64,000 nucleotides of DNA from an uncultured Gemmatimonadales bacterium (GTDB lineage: Bacteria; Gemmatimonadota; Gemmatimonadetes; Gemmatimonadales; GWC2-71-9): the NCBI GenBank assembly GCA_963842945.1, contig CAWJIM010000006.1, forward strand, positions 32,001-96,000, written 5' to 3'. Each line of letters opens with the position of its first letter. Positions within the stretch are counted from its first letter, which is position 1. Below, in pieces: positions 22,362 through 33,732 of this stretch. The notes under the pieces are model-generated. The model was not told where the DNA came from. It ran no database searches and saw nothing but the letters and a program-made list of their open reading frames with translations. Position numbers and translations under genes: made by a program.

Positions 22362-23183
22362 GCGTCCCGTTCCAGTTGACCCGTCCTGCCACCTCGGCAG
22401 AGGCGCCGTTCCGGGTAGGGCAGCTGTGGAGGTTTCGTGAGCTGCTGCGGAGTCTGGTCATCCGCAATCTCAAGGTGAAATACCAGCGCTCACTGCTGGG
22501 CTTCGTCTGGACGATGCTGAATCCGCTCCTCACGGTCGGGATTCTGGTTCTGGTGTTCAGCCATGTGGTCCGAATTCCCCTGCCGGACTACTGGGCATTC
22601 GTGCTCAGCGGATACTTCGTCTGGAACTGCGTGCTCCAGACACTGAACACCGGCACCTACATCTTTGCGGAGCATTCACGGCTTACCCGCAGCGTCGCCT
22701 TTCCCAGCGAGATCCTGGTGTTCGGGGCCGTCGGCTCCCGCTTGCTGGAGTTTGTAGCGGAGATCGTGCTGGTCTTGATCCTGCTGGTCGCGTTCCGTCA
22801 TCACCACGTTCCCGCCAGCTTTGCCTTGCTTCCCTTGCTGCTGGTGATTCAGACGTTGTTGGTGATCGGCGTGGCCCTCCCCATCGCGACGCTCTCCGTT
22901 TTCTACTACGACGTCCAGCACGCGCTCCCGATTGCGTTGACCACGTTGTTCTATTTGTCGCCGGTTTTTTATCCGGCCGAGATGGTACCGGAGGCGGCCC
23001 GGGCCTTCTACTTCCTGTAACCCTCTCGCCGGCCTGCTATCGCTTTACCACGAGATCCTCTACGCCGGCCACATCCCGTCTCCCACGTGGCTTCTGGGGA
23101 TGTTCGCTGCGGCCCTCCTGGTCTACCTCACCGGCTATGGCATCTTCCATCGCTACGCCAGCGTTTTTCCCGAGATCGTCTGA
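22358..23183 (+). CDS. wzm: Polysaccharide ABC transporter permease (Wzm); frameshift at ~23018
   Basis: RNLKVKYQRSLLGFVWTMLNPL and FYLSPVFYP. The NPLAG continuation is in another frame and ends at TGA 23181-23183. Confidence 0.88.
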
Positions 23184-23955
23184 GCGCGCCGTTGAGGCCG
23201 CGGTCGAGCTTCGGGATGTCTCGAAGCGGTTCTACTATTACGAGCACCGCACGAGCAGCCTGCGCGAGTGGTTCATCCGCCGGGTTCTGCGCCGTCCCCT
23301 CCACATCCGCCGTGCGGAGTTCACCCTCCGCGACTTCAACCTTCGCATCGCGCCCGGCGAAGCGGTCGCGCTGATCGGCTCCAACGGCTCCGGCAAGAGC
23401 ACGGCGCTTCGGCTCATCGCGGGGATTTACCACCCGTCGAGTGGAGCGATCGAGACCAAGGGGCGTCTGACCGCGGTGATCGAGCTGGGAGCCGGATTCC
23501 ACCCTGAGCTTACCGGCGCCGATAACGTCGGTCTCTATGCCGCGGTGCTGGGCCTCGGCCGCAAGGAGCTGTTGGCCCGCTACGACGAAATCGTCGACTT
23601 CGCTCAGACGCGGGAATTCATGGATACCCCGCTCAAATACTACTCCTCCGGCATGGAGGCCCGGCTCGCCTTCGCGGTGGCGATTTGCCTGCAGCCGGAT
23701 GTGCTCCTGCTGGACGAGGTGCTCGCGGTCGGAGATCAGGCGTTTCGCGAGCGATGCCTGGCCCGGCTTCGCGCCTATCACGCCCGGGGTGGCACGCTCA
23801 TCCTGGTCTCGCACGAGATGGATCAGGTACGGCAGCTCTGCTCCCGGGCCGTGTGGCTGGAGCAGGGAGCGATCCGGATGGACGGCGACGTGGGCCCCGT
23901 GCTCGCGGCCTATTCTGCCAAGGATTCACCCAACCACAGACGAGGAGCCAGGTGA
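23137..23955 (+). CDS. wzt: Polysaccharide ABC transporter ATPase (Wzt), without C-terminal carbohydrate-binding domain
   Basis: GSNGSGKST, GFHPELTG, YSSGM, LLLDEVLAVGD. Confidence 0.92.
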   Translation: MASSIATPAFFPRSSERAVEAAVELRDVSKRFYYYEHRTSSLREWFIRRVLRRPLHIRRAEFTLRDFNLRIAPGEAVALIGSNGSGKSTALRLIAGIYHPSSGAIETKGRLTAVIELGAGFHPELTGADNVGLYAAVLGLGRKELLARYDEIVDFAQTREFMDTPLKYYSSGMEARLAFAVAICLQPDVLLLDEVLAVGDQAFRERCLARLRAYHARGGTLILVSHEMDQVRQLCSRAVWLEQGAIRMDGDVGPVLAAYSAKDSPNHRRGAR

Positions 23956-25106
23956 CCGCCACGATGTCGGAGCCGCTGGTCTCGGTTGTGCTTCCCTGCC
24001 TCAATGAGGAAGCGGCGATCGGGGCCTGCATTCAGAAGATTCAGGCCACGTTCGCCAAGGCGCAGATCGACGGAGAGATCGTGGTCTGCGACAATGGCTC
24101 CACCGATCAATCGGTTCCCATTGCCGAGCGGCTGGGGGCGCGGGTCGTGCATCAGCCGTCGCGCGGCTACGGCAATGCGTACCTGAAGGGCTTCGCCAGC
24201 GCCCGCGGCCAGTACCTCATCATGGGCGACGCCGACGACACCTACGACTTTACGCTCATCCCCAGCCTGCTCGATCTGCTCACCAAGCAAGGTTACGACT
24301 TCGTGACCGGCAGCCGCTATCTGAATGGTGGTCACCGCAACATTACTCCGTTGCACCGGATCTTCGGCAACCCGGCTCTGACCTCGCTTCTCAACGGCCT
24401 CTTCGGCACCCGATACACCGACGTGTACTGCGGGTTTCGGGGATTCAGCCGGCGAGCCTATGAGGTGATTCGCCCACTGAGCCCGGGCATGGAGTTCAAT
24501 CTCGAGCTGGCGATCAACGCCGGGCTGGCCGGTTTGCGAGTCACCGAGCTTCCCATCGAGCTCGCTCCACGGAAGGGTGAATCCAAGCTGCGGACCTTCC
24601 GGGATGGATGGCGGAGCCTCAGGATGATGTTGCTGTACTCGCCCAACCTGCTGTTTCTGCTGCCCGGCTCGCTGCTTCTCGTGCTTGGCTTCGCCATCCA
24701 TCTGGCGGTGCTGCTTGGACTCGTGCGGTGGGACGGACGTCCCGCGGCCGGGGTCACCGGTGTGTTCGCGACGATCCTGAGCGTGGTGGGCTTTCAGATC
24801 CTGAGCCTGGGCCTCCATACCAAGACCTATTCCTGGACTCGCCGGTTCGACCGGCACAACCGCTCCCTCGAGCGGTTCTATCGTCGGTTCAACCTGGAAA
24901 CCGGGCTGTTACTGGGTGGAGCCCTTCTCCTCCTGGGAGGCGGCGTGTTGACCGGAGTGGTCATTGAATGGCTCCGGGCCGCCATGCTGCCGTTGCCTCG
25001 CCCGGAATGGGCGTCGCTGGGAGCCACGCTCTTTATCATCGGAGCGAGCACGCTCTTCTCGTCCCTGTTCATCTCCGCCATGTCGATGCAGAGGCAGGAG
25101 CATTAG
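23952..25106 (+). CDS. GT2 polyprenol-phosphate glycosyltransferase (DPM1-like) with C-terminal TM helices
   Basis: PCLNEE, DNGSTD, MGDADDTY, GSRY, GESKLRTFRDGWR, then four hydrophobic segments. Confidence 0.88.
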   Translation: MTATMSEPLVSVVLPCLNEEAAIGACIQKIQATFAKAQIDGEIVVCDNGSTDQSVPIAERLGARVVHQPSRGYGNAYLKGFASARGQYLIMGDADDTYDFTLIPSLLDLLTKQGYDFVTGSRYLNGGHRNITPLHRIFGNPALTSLLNGLFGTRYTDVYCGFRGFSRRAYEVIRPLSPGMEFNLELAINAGLAGLRVTELPIELAPRKGESKLRTFRDGWRSLRMMLLYSPNLLFLLPGSLLLVLGFAIHLAVLLGLVRWDGRPAAGVTGVFATILSVVGFQILSLGLHTKTYSWTRRFDRHNRSLERFYRRFNLETGLLLGGALLLLGGGVLTGVVIEWLRAAMLPLPRPEWASLGATLFIIGASTLFSSLFISAMSMQRQEH

Positions 25107-25110
25107 TCCG

Positions 25111-26805
25111 ATGGCGCGAGGAAATCGGGCATACCTGGCGATTCTCATCGCGCTGTCGGTCGCGCTCTGGCTTCCCCGCCTGCGGGGGCCGCTCGACCTC
25201 CGCTATGACGCCGGCGTGTACTACGTCCTCGGCACGTCGTTGGCCGAGGGCAGGGGTTATCGGATCCTGAGTGAGCCCGGCGCGATCCAGGCAGTACAGT
25301 ACCCACCTCTACTCCCAGCGTTGGTTGCAGTGCACCAGCGGCTCGCCGGAACCAGTGATCCGGCGATTGTCGGCCATTGGCTTCGAATCACCTACGCCGT
25401 TGTGTTCCTTGCCTACATCGCTGGCCGCATACTTTCTGGCCATCCGTTTTCTGCCGCCCAGGTTCGCTTTTCTCGTGGGCTGATCACCCTGCTCCACGTC
25501 CATACCAGTTGGATGTCGGATCTGTTGTTTGCCGAGATTCCGTTTGCGCTGACCACTATGCTCTTCCTGCTCGCCGCCTCGAGTGGGGGTCGGGCTCAGC
25601 GAGCACTCGGCGGGCGTACTGGCGACGACGAGCTACTTGCTCCGAAGCATCGGCATCGCCGCCCTGCTCGCCTGGGTTGCGGAAAGCTTCCTGCGACGGA
25701 ATCCCCGGCAGCTGCATCGCGCGTGCAGCGGTGTGCCTCGTTCCCGTTATTCGGCTGGCAACTCTACATCGGCCAGGTGCAGGCCAGCCCGGAATACGCT
25801 CATCCGACATATGCGTATCAGCGAGCGCCGTATCAGTACTACAACGTGAGTTATCTGGAAAACATCCGCTACGTCGATCCCTTCGTGCCGGAGCTTGGCA
25901 CCGTCTCGGCCGTCGCTATGGCGACACGAATGGGCAGCAGCGTTGGTCCGGATGCCGGCCAGCTTGGGTGAGGCGGTGAGCTCGCGAGCGCGAGTGGTCT
26001 GAGTCTCAGATCAAGCGACTCAATGCTGAGGTATTGGCGACCCCGATTCCGCTATGGATCGTACAGGTTCCTCTGGTATTGCTCGGGCGTGCTCTCCCTG
26101 AGCGGCCTGGTGCTCCTGGCCCAGAGCCGGCGAGTGGCTTATCCCACTGTACGTCCTTGGCTCGATCGTCCTGGTGGGACTGACGCCCTGGCCCGGACAG
26201 TTCGAGCGATATCTGGCCCCTCTCACTCCCATACTGGCTCTGCGGTCTTCTCGTCAGTTTGCTTAAGCTTGCGTTCTCGGCTCTCCACAACCTCGAAGCC
26301 ATGGGCCGGCGCCTTGGGCCGGTGCTTCTGGTAACGGTGCTCGTTGGAGTGCTGGGCCAGGAGAGCTTCGCGATTTACAAGGTCTACACCAAGCAGCACC
26401 GCGAGGTCGACTACCGGGATCGCCGGTGGACGGCTCCACGAGCAACGACTCTTCTTCTATACCCCGGCCTGGCGGACCCACGATGCAGCACTGGATTGGC
26501 TGCGCCGGGTCGTGCGGCCAGAAGACATCATCGCGACATCCACTCCCCACTGGGCATACCTCAAGACCGGGTCGCGCGCCATCCTGCCGCCGTTCGAAGC
26601 GGACGTTCGTGCCGCGCGCCGACTGCTTGAGGCAGTGCCGGTACGATATTTGGTGGTGGACAGTCTGGAGTTCGTCGATGTCAGTCGACGCTACGCAGCC
26701 CCGGTGGCCCGGGCATATTCCCAGCGAGTGGCAACTGATTTATTCGTCAGCCGGACAGCACGTCGCGAATCTATCGGCGGGCAGACGTTCCTGCCGTCGC
26801 AATGA
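25111..26805 (+). CDS. GT-C-type (ArnT/PMT-like) multi-pass membrane glycosyltransferase; multiple frameshifts
   Basis: DLRYDAGVYYVLGTSLAEGRGY and YPPLLP early-loop motifs; hydrophobic fragments spread over several frames. Confidence 0.6.
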
Positions 26806-28392
26806 AGGTGCTACCCTCAATGGGAATAAAGTAGAGTACATCGGCGGACTTCAGTTTTCGTTGTTGCAGAAGTTTGGCGTGCTCACGCAGCCAATCCTCC
26901 TCCGGTGCGGGTTGGCCGAGATGATGCACCCGAACCAGGACTACGCGGCGGTGGCCAGGAAGAAGAGCCTCGAGGTCCTGCGGTATCTGCCGGCGGTCGG
27001 AGCTGCCCGATCCACGCCGCCAGCGGAACGTTGACGGTCATGTACCGAGCGACCCCGAGCACTCCCGAAGGGATCGAGTGCACGATGATCAGGTCCCCTG
27101 GGCGCGCGTCGGTCGGACAGGCTCGCGGCCGACTTGTACGTAAGGCTCCCAGGACCGTGGGTCTTGAAAGACTGCCCGGATGCCTGGCAGCCAGGCAACG
27201 AGGATGAGTCCCAGGAATCACAATTTGTTGCACGGCGAGGAAGGCGGCTCAGCGCGAATCCGAGGAGTAGCATCGCAGCGGGCAGCCCGGCTAGAGCATA
27301 GCGCGCCATGAGCGAGGCAAAGGTGCCCCGCAGCAGATCGAACGCGAGTGGTCCAACGCAGGCGGCGAACAGCCCAGAGCCAGAGCAGCTCGCAGGGGCG
27401 GCGAGAAGAGGGGCCGAACGCCGCGCCGCCAGACCGCCCAGGCCAGGACGCACGAACAGATGCGGCGAGGAGGCGGTCCGATCCAGCGGGAGCCGCCCCA
27501 GATTCCTCGGCCCGCAACCAGGTTCCAGCCCAGAAGGATCGGAGCGCTGAGCGCTTGAGCAACCGACAGTGGCCCGTTTAGCCAGGAGCCGGTGACTCGC
27601 CATCGGCCAAGGCTGGCGGGGACTTGCACATACCAGGGCACTAACAGCGCAATCGTGACGAGCACGCCAGCGGCTTGGTAGGACCGCGCGATCCGCCCCG
27701 GGTGCAGGACGAGCCAGAGCACACCCGCCGCCCACACGAAGGCAAAGAAGTAGTGGGTGAGAAAGCCGGCCACGGCAGTCACAATCCATGCGAGCAGCGT
27801 TGCTCGTTCGAGCGCCGCGGTCGTGCAGTCTCAAGGTGAGCCAGATAAACGCGACGGCCAGGAACCACAGCATGGCATACATCCGCCCTTCGACCGAGTA
27901 ATAGAGGCTTGGAGGAGCGAGCGTATACAGGAGCGCTGACGAGAATGCAGCCGGTGGGCCTCCTACACGCTCGGCAAGCAGCCAGATCAGGGGGAAGGCT
28001 GCCAAGGCCCAGAGCACCGAAAAGAGACGCAGGGCGAGGTCGGAGGTGCCGGCCCTCCGGGTCCACAGGTTCAGCAGCAAGTAGTAGAGTGGTGGGCTCG
28101 TGTCGGAGAGCTGGACGGCCCGGATGACGCGGCGAGCGCCGGCCGGCGGGTTCTCATGCTCCAGGTACCGAGCGTACGCGGCGGGCGGCTGAGCCTCGCG
28201 CTGCTCCACGAAGTCGCCCTGGGCGGGGTCAGCGTCAGCCGCGGGATGCTCCAGACTGTGTCCTGTAGCCATGGCGAGGGAGAACAGCTCGTCGGCCCAG
28301 AGCCCCCGCTCGCCGGCGAGGACGAAACGCAGCACGACGGCCACGCCGAACAGGAGAAGAGCCGAAAGCATGCGCCTCGATCGAGGACTCAA
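26771..28392 (-). CDS. GT-C-type (GT39/GT83-like) membrane glycosyltransferase; multiple frameshifts
   Basis: LWADELFS, DTSPPLYYLLL, LRLFSV and EGRMYAML motifs. The C-terminal fragments change frame and end at TAG 26771-26773. Confidence 0.7.
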
Positions 28393-28485
28393 GCGATCGG
28401 CTCCGGATCAACTGGGAGATTCATTGACCGGGAAAATAGGGAGAGAGCCAGAGGTCAACCAGACGCTGGAGCCAGAGCTCTAGCC

Positions 28486-29865
28486 ATGGGGACTCCTCGA
28501 GTGGTGGTCCTGGGAGGCGGGCTTTCGGGGATGGCGGCAGCCTATACCCTGGCGCGGGCCGGCGTCGGCGACGTCACCCTGCTCGAAGCCGGTGGCACCC
28601 TCGGTGGTCTGGCCGGGAGCTTCGAGCGGGAGGGTCACTTTTACCCACTAGGGTATCATCACATCCTTCACCGCGACCGAGCGCTTCTTTATTTCCTTGA
28701 ATTGATCGGCGCCCTCCCCGACGTAGTGTGGCGCCGCATCCAGATGCTGTTCCATCTCGGTGGCCAGGCGTATGATCTCGCCAGCCCGAGCGGCTTTCTG
28801 CGCTTTCCCATGAGCCTTGCCGATAAAGCGCGGTTTGTGCGCCTCATGGTGAAGGCCTTCAGCCAGCCCGACTGGACCGGCTGGCAGGACCGAAGTGCCG
28901 CCGAACTCGTGGATCATTACGGCAGTGCCGGCGTCCGGCAAGCGCTCTTCGAGCGTCTCACTCGACTGAAGTTCGACTTGCCCTGTCAAGAAGTCAGCGG
29001 TGCGTGGCTCGGTGCCCGGCTCCATTTCCGCGAAGGCTCCGCTCCACTGGGCTACATCCCTCGCGCCAACTGGACCAAGGTGCTGTGCGATGGAGTCACC
29101 CAGCTGCTCCAGGAGACTGGCATCCACATCCGACTCCGGGCGCCAGTTGCCCGCCTCCACACCAGCCAGGCTCGGGTGGTAGAAGCGGAGCTGGAGAGCG
29201 GGGAGCGCATTTCCGGTGATTTCTTCATCAGTACCGTTCCTACCCGCACCTACCTGGGGCTGGTGCCGGAGGATACCACCCCGCAGCTCAGCCGCATTCG
29301 CTACACTGCGCTGATCTCCGCCATATGTGCGACTCGGCAGGCAGTGACGCCGCAGGCATACTGGAACAACTTGGCGTCACTGGACCGAACGGCGGGAGCG
29401 ATCTTTCTGCTCAATGCGCTCAATCCCACCATAGGCCGGGAGGGTGATACCTGCGTCAATTTCGTGACCCACCTCCCCGGATGTGACCACCCGCTCTTCA
29501 GGGTGCCGAAGGACCAGCTGATGGCCCGATATGCCGACGATTTTCGCGCGGTGTTCGGATTCGAGCTGCAGCCGTTCTGGACCCACATCTCCAGAGTGGA
29601 GATGTACTCGCCCGTGTTCGATCGTGGGTTCCGGAATCCGCCGATGATGAGCACATCATGGGGCAACGTGTACTTCGCCGGGAACTACCGCACGTTTCCT
29701 TCGATTGTATCGACCGGCACCGCCCTGGGCTCCGGCGTAGCCACCGGGAGCGCACTGCTCCGGGAGCTAGGCCAGGCGTCGGGCTTGGCAGAGTCCATCG
29801 CGAACTTTCGCCTGCGCTCCATGCCCCGTGCGAACCCGTTAAAGGACCCAAGAGCCCAGCTATGA
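28486..29865 (+). CDS. FAD-dependent oxidoreductase (HemY/amine-oxidase-like, glycan-locus type)
   Basis: VVLGGGLSGMAAA dinucleotide-binding motif, LGGLAGSF, GYHHI. Confidence 0.8.
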   Translation: MGTPRVVVLGGGLSGMAAAYTLARAGVGDVTLLEAGGTLGGLAGSFEREGHFYPLGYHHILHRDRALLYFLELIGALPDVVWRRIQMLFHLGGQAYDLASPSGFLRFPMSLADKARFVRLMVKAFSQPDWTGWQDRSAAELVDHYGSAGVRQALFERLTRLKFDLPCQEVSGAWLGARLHFREGSAPLGYIPRANWTKVLCDGVTQLLQETGIHIRLRAPVARLHTSQARVVEAELESGERISGDFFISTVPTRTYLGLVPEDTTPQLSRIRYTALISAICATRQAVTPQAYWNNLASLDRTAGAIFLLNALNPTIGREGDTCVNFVTHLPGCDHPLFRVPKDQLMARYADDFRAVFGFELQPFWTHISRVEMYSPVFDRGFRNPPMMSTSWGNVYFAGNYRTFPSIVSTGTALGSGVATGSALLRELGQASGLAESIANFRLRSMPRANPLKDPRAQL

Positions 29866-30781
29866 CCACACTCGATCTCAGAGCGCCCGCAAGATCCCAG
29901 TGGTTCGCACTAGCCCGATGCTCTCAGGATCCATCAATGGGTCAAGAATCTTCTGGTCTTGGTGCCCGTGTTGTTGGATCACAAGGTGTCGGATCCCGGT
30001 GTGGTGTTCAAAGCCCTGATCGCCTTCGCCGCATTCTGCTTCGCAGCGTCGGGCGCGTACATCATGAACGACCTGCTCGACCACAGAGCCGACCGCCATC
30101 ATCCGACCAAACGCCACCGTCCATTCGCGGCGGAGACTCTCAGCCGCCCGTTCGGGGTGCTGATGGTGCCGCTGCTGTTCGCAGCGGCCCTGCTGTGTTC
30201 TTTGGGGCTGGCACCCGAATTCGTCCTGCTGCTCACGCTGTATGTGGTGCTGACCACGGCCTACTCCGTCTTTCTCAAGCGGGTCGCGGTCCTCGACGTT
30301 CTCCTCCTGGCCGGCCTCTACAGCTTACGGGTGTTGGCCGGCGTGGCCGCCACCCATGTACGGTTCTCGACCTGGCTCCTGGCGTTTTCGATGTTTCTCT
30401 TCCTGAGTCTCGCATTTCTGAAACGGTATGCCGAGCTGAGTCAGCTTGCAGGAAGGAGCGGAGGAGGCTGTGGCTCGTCGGGGGTATCTCCGTGGTGACC
30501 GCGAGTGGCTCGCATCAATGGGCGGCTCCAGTGGCTACATATCGGTTCTGGTCCTGGCACTCTATATCAATAGCGATCAAGTCGTGGCGCTGTACCATCG
30601 TCCATTGCTGCTCTGGTTGATCTGTCCACTGCTCCTTCTCTGGATCAGCCGGATGTGGCTACTGGCTCACCGGGGTCGAATCCATCAGGATCCCATCGTC
30701 GCGGCGGTCCGTGACCCCGCCAGTTATGGCATCGGAACATTGGTGGCCCTGATCATGTACGTTGCAGCCTATCCCCTCTAA
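29862..30781 (+). CDS. UbiA-family polyprenyl-phosphate phosphoribosyltransferase; frameshifts near 29930 and 30470
   Basis: HQWVKNLLV, YIMNDLLD..ADRHHPTKRHRPFA, AYSVFLKR, KRYAEL, HQDPIVAA; adjacent to DprE1/DprE2 homologues. Confidence 0.85.
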
Positions 30782-32096
30782 CTCACCGACCTTGCAAGTG
30801 CACCAGTCCTGGGGACGGTACCCCCGAGCCGAACACACCAGTGTCGTCCCGGTTCTCTGGCGTTCCGACCCGCCCGCGCTGTCTGAAGTTCCCGGGAAGC
30901 TGCTCCCATTCGCCTACGGACGCAGCTACGGCGACAGCTGCCTGAATGCCGGAGGCGCCCTCCTGGATGTCTCTCGGTTGCGGCGGTTTATCAGCTTCGA
31001 TGAAGCTCGCGGAGTTCTGCGCTGCGAGGCCGGGGTCACCCTCGCGGAAGTCCTGGCACTCATCGTCCCCCGGGGTTGGTTCGTTCCCGTGGTTCCCGGT
31101 ACCAAGTGGGTATCCATTGGCGGGGCAATCGCCAACGACGTTCATGGCAAAAATCATCACCGGGCCGGAACCTTCGGCGCTCATGTGACGTGCTTCGAGC
31201 TGGTGCGATCCACGGGCGAGCGAATTCTTTGCTCGCCGGACCGCAACATCGAGTTGTTCCGGGCCACTATCGGCGGGCTGGGCCTGACTGGCCTCATTCT
31301 CTGGGCTGAGTTCCGCCTCAAGAGAATACCCGGACCCCGGATCGCTATGGAGCGGATTCGGTTTTCCAACCTGAGCGAGTTCCTCCAGCTCTCCCGCGAT
31401 GACCAGGAATACGAATACACTGTTGCGTGGATCGACTGCCTGGCGCGGGGACGAGCTCTGGGGCGGGGATTGTTCCTGCGGGGTGATCATGTCGCCGGGG
31501 CCGGCCGGGTGCAGCGTGACGACGGTCCGGCCGTCAGCGTTCCGGGCAATCTCCCTTCAGGCCTGATCTGCCGGGCCACGATGAGGGCCTTCAATACGTT
31601 TTACTACCACGCCCAGGTCCGAAGGAGGCAGAGCAGAACGCTTTCGTACGAGCCATTTTTCTTTCCGCTGGACGGCATCGGCGCATGGAACCGGCTCTAT
31701 GGCGGGAAGGGATTTCTTCAATATCAATGCGTGACGGCGGGAGACTCGGAGAGTGCGATGACGGAGCTGCTGGAGCAGGTAGCGCGCTCGGGTGAAACCC
31801 CATCGCTCGCCGTCCTCAAGAAGTTCGGCCGAATTCCCTCCCCCGGAATGCTCTCATTCCCCCGCCCAGGCATAACCCTCGCCATCGATTTTGCGATGCG
31901 GGGCTCTAGCACCCTGAACCTCCTGGAGCGACTCGATCAGATTGTTGCCCAAGCCGGCGGAGCGGTCTACCCCGCCAAAGACGCGCGAATGAGTGGCCCC
32001 AGCTTTCAGCGGTTTTTCCCCAACTGGGAGTCATTCGCGTCCCAGATCGACCCCAAGTTCTCCTCCTCGTTCTGGCGCCGTGTCAGTGCGGCATGA
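30762..32096 (+). CDS. dprE1: Decaprenylphosphoryl-beta-D-ribose 2'-oxidase homologue
   Basis: GRSYGDSC, PGTKWVSIGGAIANDVHGKNHH, GFLQYQ, LAVLKKFG, YPAKDARM. Confidence 0.88.
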   Translation: MQPIPSNSPTLQVHQSWGRYPRAEHTSVVPVLWRSDPPALSEVPGKLLPFAYGRSYGDSCLNAGGALLDVSRLRRFISFDEARGVLRCEAGVTLAEVLALIVPRGWFVPVVPGTKWVSIGGAIANDVHGKNHHRAGTFGAHVTCFELVRSTGERILCSPDRNIELFRATIGGLGLTGLILWAEFRLKRIPGPRIAMERIRFSNLSEFLQLSRDDQEYEYTVAWIDCLARGRALGRGLFLRGDHVAGAGRVQRDDGPAVSVPGNLPSGLICRATMRAFNTFYYHAQVRRRQSRTLSYEPFFFPLDGIGAWNRLYGGKGFLQYQCVTAGDSESAMTELLEQVARSGETPSLAVLKKFGRIPSPGMLSFPRPGITLAIDFAMRGSSTLNLLERLDQIVAQAGGAVYPAKDARMSGPSFQRFFPNWESFASQIDPKFSSSFWRRVSAA

Positions 32097-32838
32097 CGCG
32101 CCCGCCAGGGTGCTCATCGTGGGCGCGACGTCGGCCATCGCGGGTGAAACGGCAAAGGAATTCGCCAAAAACGGAGCCCATCTGTTCCTGACCGGTCGGA
32201 ATTCCGACCGCCTGGCCGCGGTGGCAGACGATCTCCGAGTCCGGGGAGCGGCTCGGGTCGAGACAGCTATCCTGGATGTCGCCGATCTTACCACCCAAGG
32301 CCTCATGATCGAATCGGCCTTCGCCACCCTTGGGGGGATTGACGTGGCACTGGTGGCGCATGGGACTCTTCCGAATCAGGAGCGTTGCCAGGAGCAGGTA
32401 GAGGAGACAGTGAAAGCGCTGCACGTCAATTTCACGGGGACCATCGCTCTGCTTACGCTGCTCGCAAATCGGCTACAATCCCAGCGGCACGGCTGCCTTG
32501 CCGTCATCGGTTCCGTGGCCGGCAGCCGGGGCAGGCGGACGAACTATGTCTATGGTGCAGCCAAGGGAGGAGTCGAGATCTTCCTTCAGGGTCTCCGCGG
32601 CCGTTTGTTCCAGTACAACGTGACTGTCCTGACGGTCAAACCGGGGTTCGTTGATACCCCGATGACCGCGGGACTAAAAAAGAATTTGCTCTTTGCCGAT
32701 GCCGGACGCATTGGGCGCGGTATCCACCGTGCAATCGTGCGGCGCAAGGACGTCGTCTACCTACCCTGGTTCTGGCGTCCGATCATGGGCGTGCTCACCA
32801 GCCTACCGGAGAGGGTGCTTAAACGGCTTCCCCTCTAG
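32086..32838 (+). CDS. dprE2: Decaprenylphosphoryl-2-keto-pentose reductase homologue (SDR)
   Basis: GATSAIA, SVAGSRGRRTNYVYGAAK, KPGFVDTPMT; immediately after dprE1. Confidence 0.85.
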   Translation: MRHDAPARVLIVGATSAIAGETAKEFAKNGAHLFLTGRNSDRLAAVADDLRVRGAARVETAILDVADLTTQGLMIESAFATLGGIDVALVAHGTLPNQERCQEQVEETVKALHVNFTGTIALLTLLANRLQSQRHGCLAVIGSVAGSRGRRTNYVYGAAKGGVEIFLQGLRGRLFQYNVTVLTVKPGFVDTPMTAGLKKNLLFADAGRIGRGIHRAIVRRKDVVYLPWFWRPIMGVLTSLPERVLKRLPL

Positions 32839-32884
32839 GATTTCGCATGCGAGCCTGTCTGTCCTCGTGAACCTGTCGCCCCGC

Positions 32885-33662
32885 TCACCAGCGCACAGAT
32901 AGACAGCTCAGGCCCCCATCCATTTTCCGGTACTCCGACATATCGATCGCCAGGAGGTCGTAGCCCAGATCGCCCAGCCGAGCCGCGGTCTTCGGAAACC
33001 CTTTTGCGATCAGGACTGTGTCGTTCACCCGGATGCAGTTGGCCGCGTACTCCTCGCCTTGCGGCACCTCCACCACCTCCCACCCCCGAAACGCCTCGTG
33101 TCCAGCGATTCCGCGCCACGCCAGCAGCCGGCGACCGCCCAGCCAGGAGATCCCGGTCTTGTGGTGCAGCATCCCTGAAATCTCCCGGATATCGATCAGA
33201 CTCGACCCGAAGCCGCGCTGCTCGAGCCACCCCGCCAGTTGAGCGGCCCCCTCTTCGTTGGTGCGGTGCGATACGCCGATGAAGAAGTGGTCGCCCGCCT
33301 CGCAGACATCGCCGCCGTCGAGTGTGCCCGGCGGAGGTAATCCGGTCCAGCTGGGGAAACCACCGGCCCAGCGCCTCGCCCAGCGCCGTGCACCTCTCCT
33401 GCTCGAGCTGGGAGCACCGGGACGGGTCAGGATCGCGCCCTCGGGCGGTGACGATGGCGGCATCCTCGACGAAGGTGGAATCGGGGAACTCGGGGTCGGC
33501 CGGCAGCCGGGTGAGCGAGAGGCCCAGGCGCTCGAGGGTCCGGCAGTAGCTCTCGTGCTGCTGCAGCGCGAGCGACAGATCGGGAGGGCCGAGCCCGGCT
33601 GACGTGATTCCCTGGACGAACGTTGTTGCAGGGGGACGGACGATGGCGTGGGTGAAGTGCAT
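32885..33662 (-). CDS. Dimethylarginine dimethylaminohydrolase (amidinotransferase family); frameshifts at ~33330-33450
   Basis: FPDSTFVED, LDGGDV, HRTNEEG, YAANC, DMSEYRKMDGGLSCLS. Confidence 0.9.
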
Positions 33663-33732
33663 GGTCTGGTCTAGGTCTGGAGGCCAGGGTCTAAAGTCTA
33701 GCGACTGGGGTCTGGCGCTCTGGCGTCTGGCA
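33663..33732. repeat. Degenerate heptamer array (CCAGACN/CTAGACN on the minus strand)
   Basis: ggtctgg/gtctag/gtctgg units between the permease and DDAH. Confidence 0.65.
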
